This document shows positions 18,167-24,500 of a stretch of DNA of 24,500 nt, piece after piece. The notes beneath the pieces were generated by a model. It worked only from the letters and a program-made list of their open reading frames with translations, had not been told where the DNA came from and searched no databases. The translations under genes were made by a program, and so were the position numbers. The stretch's first letter is position 1; each line of letters opens with the position of its first letter. The DNA comes from Alteromonas naphthalenivorans (GTDB lineage Bacteria > Babelota > Babeliae > Babelales > CAIQNR01). The stretch lies in contig JBLICC010000005.1 of NCBI GenBank assembly GCA_047631715.1, positions 1-24,500 on the forward strand, read 5' to 3'.

Positions 18167-18510
18167 GAGTAATCTTAAGAGAGGAAAGTCCGGACTCCTA
18201 ACAAACAAAGTACCTTGGAAGAAAACGTAAGTTTTCAATCAAGGGGAGCGTGAGCTCACGGAAAGTGCCACAGAAACTAAACCGCCTTCTACGTTGGTAG
18301 TTGGTAAGGGTGAAAATGTGCGGTAAGAGCGTACGGACATAAGTAGTAATGCTTGTGTGGGGTAAACCCTACTTGGAGCAAGACAAAATAGGCATGTGTC
18401 GGTAGTTTGTTCCGGTTAAACATGCGGGTATGTCGCTTAGATACATGGTTGCCATTTATTAAAGCAATTTAATAGAAACAGAATCCGGCTTATTGGTTGA
18501 CTGCAGATAA
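18134..18510 (+). ncRNA. rnpB: RNase P RNA, bacterial type A-like, lacking P18
   Basis: GAGGAAAGTCC 18181-18191, AGTGCCACAGAAA, GGTAAGGGTGAAA, GGTAAACCC, GAGCAAG and ACAGAATCCGGCTTA; P1 TTATCTGCAGTTAA (18134-18147) pairs with TTGACTGCAGATAA (18497-18510). Confidence 0.97.
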
Positions 18511-18524
18511 TCGAAGTTTTATTT

Positions 18525-19241
18525 ATGACACGTTCATTTTTTTCTAAATACTTAAAAGATTCTTATTGGATAACACCTTTTATATGTTTTATATTGGGCT
18601 ATCAATTCTTTGCTTTCTTTTTTTACCAATCAGTTATACAAACACCTATCATAGTTGGTAAAACATTACCCGAAGCAGCTGTTCTTTTATCAAAGAATAA
18701 TTTAAACATGCGCATGATTAGCCAACAAGAAGATCCTGATATTGCTGCAGGAACTATTATTAGTCAAACACCACAAGCTCATAGTGCCATTAAACCACAA
18801 CAAACAATTTTTTTTGTATTATCTAAAAAACCTGTTCAACCATGCATACCTAATATACGTGGAACTCTTTTTAATGATTATTCAAAAAAATTAAAAGATT
18901 TAAAAATAAGATATCGCACCTTTGAAGTTCAAAGTGATCAACCAGAAGGTACCTGTTTGGCACAAATACCTGCTCCCAATGAAGAGATAAATTCAAGTGG
19001 AGCCATTATTTATAGTGCATCTCAAAAAGCAGAAGCGCTTTTATTTCCTTCTTGTAAAGGAAAAACTGTAACGGAAGTAAAACAATTTTTAGAAAGATAT
19101 AATATACCAATTACCGTGTATCATACTTATGAAACTTCTCAAAACCACTCTTGTAAACGATGCATTGTCTTTGACCAAAAACCTTTGGCTGGTTCTTTTG
19201 TATCATTAAAAGAACCTTTTTCTGTTCAACTCAAAGTATAG
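18525..19241 (+). CDS. Membrane-anchored PASTA-domain protein without kinase domain
   Basis: N-terminal TM, then about 3 PASTA-like units (TPIIVGKTLPEA...GTIISQTP; IPNIRG...GTCLAQIP; FPSCKGKT...VFDQKP). Confidence 0.8.
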   Translation: MTRSFFSKYLKDSYWITPFICFILGYQFFAFFFYQSVIQTPIIVGKTLPEAAVLLSKNNLNMRMISQQEDPDIAAGTIISQTPQAHSAIKPQQTIFFVLSKKPVQPCIPNIRGTLFNDYSKKLKDLKIRYRTFEVQSDQPEGTCLAQIPAPNEEINSSGAIIYSASQKAEALLFPSCKGKTVTEVKQFLERYNIPITVYHTYETSQNHSCKRCIVFDQKPLAGSFVSLKEPFSVQLKV

Positions 19242-19310
19242 ATTGACAAACATCTCTTCTTTTTTATACATCTAGTTCTTATATATAATTTTTTTATTTA
19301 AGGAAGATAT

Positions 19311-19649
19311 ATGAAAAAAAATCTATTAGCTTTGCTTTTGTTAACCGCGATGAATATTTATTCAGAAGAAGCTCAACCAGTAGAAGAAACTACAGTATCA
19401 GAAGAAATTAATCCTCAAAATTATATGGATCAATTAAAAAATTCTTATGCTGAACTCAATAGCCTCAAAGCAACTATGACTGTTTTACTTGCTGCTATGC
19501 TTGCTGAAATTCAAACAATACCAACAAGAAACATAGATTTTGGAGCTTGGAACAATCTTCAAACATTTGAAAAAGAAAAATATCAAGAAAGTTACGAAGA
19601 AACCGATGAATATCTAGAAGAAGATTCAGAAGAAGCAGAACAAGAATAA
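19311..19649 (+). CDS. Small acidic exported hypothetical protein
   Basis: Signal peptide MKKNLLALLLLTA, Glu-rich, AAGGA SD, TTGACA at 19243. Confidence 0.72.
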   Translation: MKKNLLALLLLTAMNIYSEEAQPVEETTVSEEINPQNYMDQLKNSYAELNSLKATMTVLLAAMLAEIQTIPTRNIDFGAWNNLQTFEKEKYQESYEETDEYLEEDSEEAEQE

Positions 19650-20609
19650 CTAATGAGCAAGTTGTTGTAATATATAAGATGGCTCTTTATCTTTAGCAAC
19701 AACTGAATAGATCGACTTCAACAACACCAAATGGAGGTTTTTTTCTTCTATCAACTGATTCACCGACACAATAGTATTTAAACTCTCGGGAACAACACGC
19801 TGATTCGGCTGCTCTGTTTTATCAATAAACGCCTTACCTGCAATCAGATTTCTACTATGCAAACCAAACGCTGTTAAAATAAGGTCACCCACGCCAGCAT
19901 ACCCTTCAACTGTTGAGGCCTGTCCTCCACATGCAATAACCAACTGCCGCATCTCTTTTAGACTTTGTACAAAAAAGAATGCCTTTGTGTTATCTGTACA
20001 CATCAATCCATTAAGCATTCCTATACCAAACGTAATAACGTTTTTAAGCGCAGCGCACAATTGCACCCCTATAACATCTTCGGTTGGAGATAACTTAAAA
20101 TAATCAGTTGTCATCAGTTCTTTTAAGTTATTTAATAATATTGAATGTTTCGATGCTATAGAAACCGCAGTAAGCTGCTGAGCAACAACATCTTTAGCAA
20201 AACTAGGACCTGCTAACACCACACTCTGCACAGACGAAGAAAAAACATCATCTAAAATTTGAGATGGTAATAACTTTGTATTTTGCTCTATGCCTTTACT
20301 CAATACTACCCATTGCTGTTCTTGAGTATAATAAGGCACAAATTGCTCAAGTACGGATCTCATATATTTAACAGGAATAGCTTCAAAAACCCAATCAGCT
20401 TGATGTAAAGCTTGTTCTTTGTTAGTTGTTGCACTAATCGCATGATGTAATAGAACATCGGGTAGATAATGAGTATTTACATGTTGTTCGTTAATGGTTT
20501 GTACAACATCTTGTTCATGCGTCCAAAGAGTAACTTCGTGATGATTATGAGCAAGAACCGTTGCAATAGCAGTACCCCAAGCACCACTACCCAAAATTGT
20601 TACCTTCAT
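19650..20609 (-). CDS. gpsA: NAD(P)H-dependent glycerol-3-phosphate dehydrogenase
   Basis: GSGAWGTA, SKGIE, GPSFA, ALKNV, GVGDLILT and SRN motifs. Confidence 0.95.
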   Translation of the reverse strand: MKVTILGSGAWGTAIATVLAHNHHEVTLWTHEQDVVQTINEQHVNTHYLPDVLLHHAISATTNKEQALHQADWVFEAIPVKYMRSVLEQFVPYYTQEQQWVVLSKGIEQNTKLLPSQILDDVFSSSVQSVVLAGPSFAKDVVAQQLTAVSIASKHSILLNNLKELMTTDYFKLSPTEDVIGVQLCAALKNVITFGIGMLNGLMCTDNTKAFFFVQSLKEMRQLVIACGGQASTVEGYAGVGDLILTAFGLHSRNLIAGKAFIDKTEQPNQRVVPESLNTIVSVNQLIEEKNLHLVLLKSIYSVVAKDKEPSYILQQLAH

Positions 20610-21298
20610 GTACCAAAATTCTTTTGCATCCCCAAATAATCACTAACGGCACCTTCAATATCTTCTCGTGTAATATCGGGCCATAAACAATCTAAAAAAC
20701 AAAATTCACTATATGCAGCTTGATACAATAAAAAATTACTTAATCTTTGCGTGCCACTTGTACGAATAATAAGTTCGGGTTGAGGAATGCCAGAAGTCCA
20801 TAAACATTCTTCTAATGTTTGTTCAGAAATTTGATCTTCTGATAATAACCCCTTCTTGACCTTACTAACTAAACGCTTAATGCTACATACAAGTTCTTGC
20901 CGTGCTCCATAACAAAATAAAAAATTTACTTGTAAAGCATTATTGCTTTTTGTGCCTTCTTCTAACAATTTAACTGTTGGCAACACTATTTCAGGGAACC
21001 TATCTCTGTCCCCTATAAATTTAACACGTACATTTTCTTTATTAAAAAATGCTAAATTTTTTTTTCCACCATCAACAATACAATTAAAGAGAAGATCAAG
21101 TTCATGTTGTGGTCGATTAAAATTTTCGAGAGAAAAAGTATAAAGAGACAAATACTTAATACCAGCATCCAAACAATATTTTGCTGCAATTTTAGCTGCA
21201 CCAAAACCACCTTCAGTATACCCCGATGCATAACTTAATTTATTTTTCTTTGCCCACCGTCTATTACCATCCATTATCATTGCTAAATGCTTAATCAC
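20606..21298 (-). CDS. uppS: Undecaprenyl diphosphate synthase
   Basis: HLAMIMDGNRRWA, FSLENFNR, YGARQE and IRTSGTQRLSNFLLYQ motifs. Confidence 0.96.
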   Translation of the reverse strand: MIKHLAMIMDGNRRWAKKNKLSYASGYTEGGFGAAKIAAKYCLDAGIKYLSLYTFSLENFNRPQHELDLLFNCIVDGGKKNLAFFNKENVRVKFIGDRDRFPEIVLPTVKLLEEGTKSNNALQVNFLFCYGARQELVCSIKRLVSKVKKGLLSEDQISEQTLEECLWTSGIPQPELIIRTSGTQRLSNFLLYQAAYSEFCFLDCLWPDITREDIEGAVSDYLGMQKNFGT

Positions 21299-21313
21299 TA
21301 CTTCCTCTCTCTA

Positions 21314-21952
21314 TTAAGAATATGACAATACTCTCGATACAGCTATACGCTTACAAGCGCGACCAGTTATATATACCAGTGTCATTGCAGACGCAAAGAA
21401 CAAACGTTCAACCGCAACAACAGGTATTAATCCTAGCCACATTTGAGATGACATATCAAAACTATATAACCAAATAACAGAACCAACCGCATGCGCTACA
21501 AATGTACTTGAAAGCGATTGTAAAAAAATTGATTTATTATTAAGAAAATAAAGAGCTATTGGAATCAACCAATATAAACAATAAGGAGCAGCCATAAACC
21601 CTACTGGATGAACAACAAATAATATCATACAAACAATAGGTAACAACAAGCGAAACAATGGGCCCTTTTTTGCCCAAGAACCTGCAGCACAAAAACCTGG
21701 TAAATAGTACAAGATCGTTGTTAATGAAGCACGAAGAAATAATACTTTATAACTTAACCGAGCCAACACTGCACATACACCAAAACCAAGCCCTAATGTT
21801 CCCGTAAGTGGCATAACAACATCTGATAATGAAAAGAATCCCCAACTTGATCCTATAATTGGACTCAATTTAGCAAATCTCAAAACAAAAAACGTTACTA
21901 CTGCAGCACTTGGAGCAACCAATGCGATAAGACCTTTGTATTTATTATGCAT
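21314..21952 (-). CDS. Polytopic membrane protein, possible ECF S-component-like transporter (start revised to ATG 21952)
   Basis: About 6-7 TM segments, 212 aa; AGAAGGA SD 9 nt upstream; HAVGSVIW and VAVERL motifs. Confidence 0.6.
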   Translation of the reverse strand: MHNKYKGLIALVAPSAAVVTFFVLRFAKLSPIIGSSWGFFSLSDVVMPLTGTLGLGFGVCAVLARLSYKVLFLRASLTTILYYLPGFCAAGSWAKKGPLFRLLLPIVCMILFVVHPVGFMAAPYCLYWLIPIALYFLNNKSIFLQSLSSTFVAHAVGSVIWLYSFDMSSQMWLGLIPVVAVERLFFASAMTLVYITGRACKRIAVSRVLSYS

Positions 21953-21998
21953 AATAAGGTATCCTTCTGAACTTAAAGGGGATAAACAATTGAATACC

Positions 21999-22026
21999 AA
22001 GGTACTACTATTGAGTATATTTTCAA
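21999..22026 (-). promoter_or_regulatory. Putative sigma70-type promoter TTGAAA-N16-TACCTT
   Basis: Minus strand, about 47 nt upstream of the ATG at 21952. Confidence 0.45.
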
Positions 22027-22048
22027 CTCCAAGATAAAAGGGGACATC

Positions 22049-22735
22049 ATGAAATACAAAGCAATTATTTTCGACATGGATGGAACAATAACAGATTCCG
22101 AACACATTTGGAAAAGTGCAACCAAAGAATTATTAACGAGCAGAGGTGTAGAAGTCACTCAAGAACTGCACGATGAACTCGAAAAACAGCTCAAAGGTTC
22201 AGCTATTCACAATACATGTGCACTTCTCAAAGAAAGATTTAATCTTGAGCATGCACTCGAAGAACTCATGGAAGAAAAAAAACGAAGAGCTTCGGTACTT
22301 TTACAAGAAGGTCTCAAATTTATTGATGGCTTTGAGAAATTTCACAGAACTGTTTTAGAAAACGAAGTTATGGTTGGCATAGCAACAAATGCTGATGATA
22401 ATACTTTGCAACTATCAGACAAAGCACTCGATTTAAAAAAATACTTTGGCAAGCATATTTATAACATTACCTACGTTAACAACAAAGCAAAACCAGATCC
22501 CGACCTCTACCTTCATGTTGCTCAACAACTAGGCGTAGAACCCGAATATTGCATTGCATTCGAAGATTCTGCCCATGGTGTACGTGCAGCAAAACGAGCT
22601 GGAATGTTCTGTGTCGGAATAAATACCGCCGGAGACCGAGATGCACTTCATGAATCAGACTTAGTAATCGACCACTACGATGAAATTCAATTTGAGCGAT
22701 TATTGCGCCGAAAAGGTATTAAAAAAATAAGCTAA
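22049..22735 (+). CDS. HAD-IA family phosphatase (beta-PGM/CbbY-like)
   Basis: IFDMDGTITDSE, ATN, KPDPDLY and FEDSAHGVRAA motifs. Confidence 0.92.
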   Translation: MKYKAIIFDMDGTITDSEHIWKSATKELLTSRGVEVTQELHDELEKQLKGSAIHNTCALLKERFNLEHALEELMEEKKRRASVLLQEGLKFIDGFEKFHRTVLENEVMVGIATNADDNTLQLSDKALDLKKYFGKHIYNITYVNNKAKPDPDLYLHVAQQLGVEPEYCIAFEDSAHGVRAAKRAGMFCVGINTAGDRDALHESDLVIDHYDEIQFERLLRRKGIKKIS

Positions 22736-22824
22736 TAAGCCTACAGAGGCTTTTTACAACCCGCATTTGGTATGTTATTATGAGTATCGAATGTGGGTTA
22801 TTTTTCTAAATATTGGGGTATATC

Positions 22825-23616
22825 ATGAAGAAAGTTTTGCTTTCTTTTTTCTTTTTTTACGCTATTTCTACGTATGCTGTAACGCCAGTCTACCGTCAGG
22901 GCTTTAAAGTTTCTCAAGCTCAAGGTAAACAGGTTTGTTTTGCATGGGACCTTAACAGCGTTATCTTCGAAAAACATGTTAAAATAGGCAAAATGACAGC
23001 CTATGCCCTCAAAGAAAAAGGCTTCTTTAAAACTATCAAAGCTCTTTGGACCTTTCTTAAGCTCTGGCGACACAAAAAGAACCTTAAAAAAGCAGGCGAC
23101 CCTCGCGGATTTGTTTGGGATGCAATGTTTGCAGAACTAGAAAAAACAGACCCAGAAACAGCACAACTTTTAAGAATATTTGCTCAACAAGCAAATATTC
23201 TTGACCTTACAATGGTCACTTTCATGCAAAATCTTTCAAATAACGGGCATACTCATGCCGTACTCTCTAATATGGGTCAAGGATTACTTGATGCTCAAGT
23301 TGAGCTTTTAAAAGAAAAACAAGCTGAAAATCAGTCTCTTTACAACTTTATTCTAAAATTCTTAGAAGACCAAAGGTATAAAGTAATAGCTTCGGAAGAT
23401 AATGGCTGGATGCATAAGCCCGATAAACTAATATACCAAGTATTTTTACATAAAAATCAACATCGTAGCCAAATAACTATTTTTATCGATGATAAGCTTG
23501 AAAACGTTCAAGCAGCGATAGAAAATGGTTTTGATATTGGCATTTATTATCCCAAAGGTTCTACAAGCCAACAACTTGAAGATATCTTGGCACATGAGCT
23601 TAAAATAGCTTTTTAA
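22825..23616 (+). CDS. Exported HAD-like hydrolase with atypical motif I
   Basis: Signal peptide MKKVLLSFFFFYAISTYA; WDLNSV, LSN, KPD and FIDD motifs. Confidence 0.78.
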   Translation: MKKVLLSFFFFYAISTYAVTPVYRQGFKVSQAQGKQVCFAWDLNSVIFEKHVKIGKMTAYALKEKGFFKTIKALWTFLKLWRHKKNLKKAGDPRGFVWDAMFAELEKTDPETAQLLRIFAQQANILDLTMVTFMQNLSNNGHTHAVLSNMGQGLLDAQVELLKEKQAENQSLYNFILKFLEDQRYKVIASEDNGWMHKPDKLIYQVFLHKNQHRSQITIFIDDKLENVQAAIENGFDIGIYYPKGSTSQQLEDILAHELKIAF

Positions 23617-23640
23617 ACATGAACCTCCTTTTTATAAATT

Positions 23641-23669
23641 TCCCCGCCTATTTTTGGTGGGGATTTTTT
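23641..23669 (+). terminator. Rho-independent terminator
   Basis: TCCCCGCC-loop-GGTGGGGA followed by TTTTTT. Confidence 0.85.
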
Positions 23670-23710
23670 ATTAAGCTTGATTTTAAGTCACTAAACCCAC
23701 ACACACCCAA

Positions 23711-23738
23711 TTGACAAATAGAAATTTATAACTATAAT
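23711..23738 (+). promoter_or_regulatory. Consensus sigma70 promoter TTGACA-N16-TATAAT
   Basis: Perfect -35 (23711-23716) and -10 (23733-23738) hexamers. Confidence 0.75.
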
Positions 23739-23795
23739 AAGTTTATAGAGTAAAATTTATCTTAAAAAAAGGTGGAGTAAAAACGAAGGATAATT

Positions 23796-24500
23796 ATGAA
23801 AAAACGATATATTTTTGGACTTATGTTATTAGCTTTTATAGCTGCACCCTATTTTCTAGATAAAGCAATTCAACCAGAACAAACATTATATTTGAGTCCT
23901 TCTTTTGCAAACACACAGGAAGCGCATACAACATTTGAAAAACAAAAACCTGTTATTCTATGGGATATTCATGATTGTTTATTCGAAAAACCTTATCATG
24001 CATTTTTACGCAAAGGCCTATTAAGCGTAGAAGACAAACCAAAATTTTTATATGAGCTTTTTAAAGCAACAATGAACAAACAAGTACGCACAGCTTATTA
24101 CTATCATAGAAATCGCCCTGCTTACTCTCCACAACCATACTTTGAAGCGGCAAAAGGTTATAAATATTTATATAGAGAACTCAATAAACAAGCAAACGCT
24201 ATTTATGTACCCAATAAAAAAACATTTAAAATAGTTAAAGAATTACATCAAGAAAACTGTCACCAATACCTTTTTTCTAATATTGGCCCAGTAACTCTAG
24301 AATATCTGCAACATGACTACCCACACTACTTTACTTACTTTAATCGATTACAAAATACGATTAATCCTATTACACCAGCGTATGATCAATGGATACAAAA
24401 GCCAGATACTAAAGCATTCAATAAAGCATTAATGTCTGTGGACATGCATAAAAACCCACAAAACGTTATTTTTATTGATGATCGAGAAGATAATATCAAG
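23796..24500 (+). CDS. Exported/membrane-anchored HAD-like hydrolase, paralog of the upstream gene (3' end beyond window)
   Basis: Absent from the ORF track; manual translation gives MKKRYIFGLMLLAFIAAP...ILWDIHDCLFEK...FSNIG...WIQKPD...FIDDREDNIK, open to the window end; GAAGGA SD. Confidence 0.82.
   Translation, partial: MKKRYIFGLMLLAFIAAPYFLDKAIQPEQTLYLSPSFANTQEAHTTFEKQKPVILWDIHDCLFEKPYHAFLRKGLLSVEDKPKFLYELFKATMNKQVRTAYYYHRNRPAYSPQPYFEAAKGYKYLYRELNKQANAIYVPNKKTFKIVKELHQENCHQYLFSNIGPVTLEYLQHDYPHYFTYFNRLQNTINPITPAYDQWIQKPDTKAFNKALMSVDMHKNPQNVIFIDDREDNIK

Noticed and set aside
21953..22105. N-terminal extension of the membrane protein, and a possible SD-sequestering riboswitch (GGTATTC/GGATACC pairing)
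   Set aside because: The extension overlaps the divergent HAD gene. The predicted promoter leaves only a ~40-nt leader, with one arm at or before the TSS, and no aptamer consensus is visible.
3968..23073. Short alternative-frame or antisense ORFs in the track (e.g. 3968-4174, 4212-4493, 6209-6418, 6277-6525, 7025-7267, 8009-8251, 14885-15127, 15711-16716, 20943-21143, 22798-23073)
   Set aside because: All lie essentially within well-supported genes, and none shows a recognisable motif; shadow ORFs.
1..24500. CRISPR array, IS/transposase, prophage or defence system
   Set aside because: No regularly spaced direct repeats and no transposase, integrase, phage or defence motifs seen.

Overview
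AT-rich, gene-dense bacterial chromosomal window with no IS, prophage, CRISPR, rRNA or tRNA. Housekeeping genes (rpsU, rbfA, tsaC, tmk, holB, dciA-like, murG, PBP1A, gpsA, uppS, rnpB) are interleaved with signal-peptide orphans (M48-like peptidase, LRR protein, two exported HAD-like paralogs). This pattern suggests a host-associated intracellular lineage such as Ca. Dependentiae/TM6 (inference only). The most unusual locus is an operon at 3147-6554: a catalytically eroded FolC homolog with an RGRP insertion, followed by a stand-alone Fo module (atpI/R-like, atpB, atpE). Its c subunit is a fourfold tandem fusion with 8 TM helices; only 3 of 4 repeats keep the ion-binding Glu, and the only intact RQP loop is in the repeat that lost it. 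Other highlights: an RNase P RNA lacking P18 with an extended P8 and overlapping the upstream CDS, five sigma70-like promoters that share a 16-bp spacer, and an unexplained structured intergenic element at 8724-8834.
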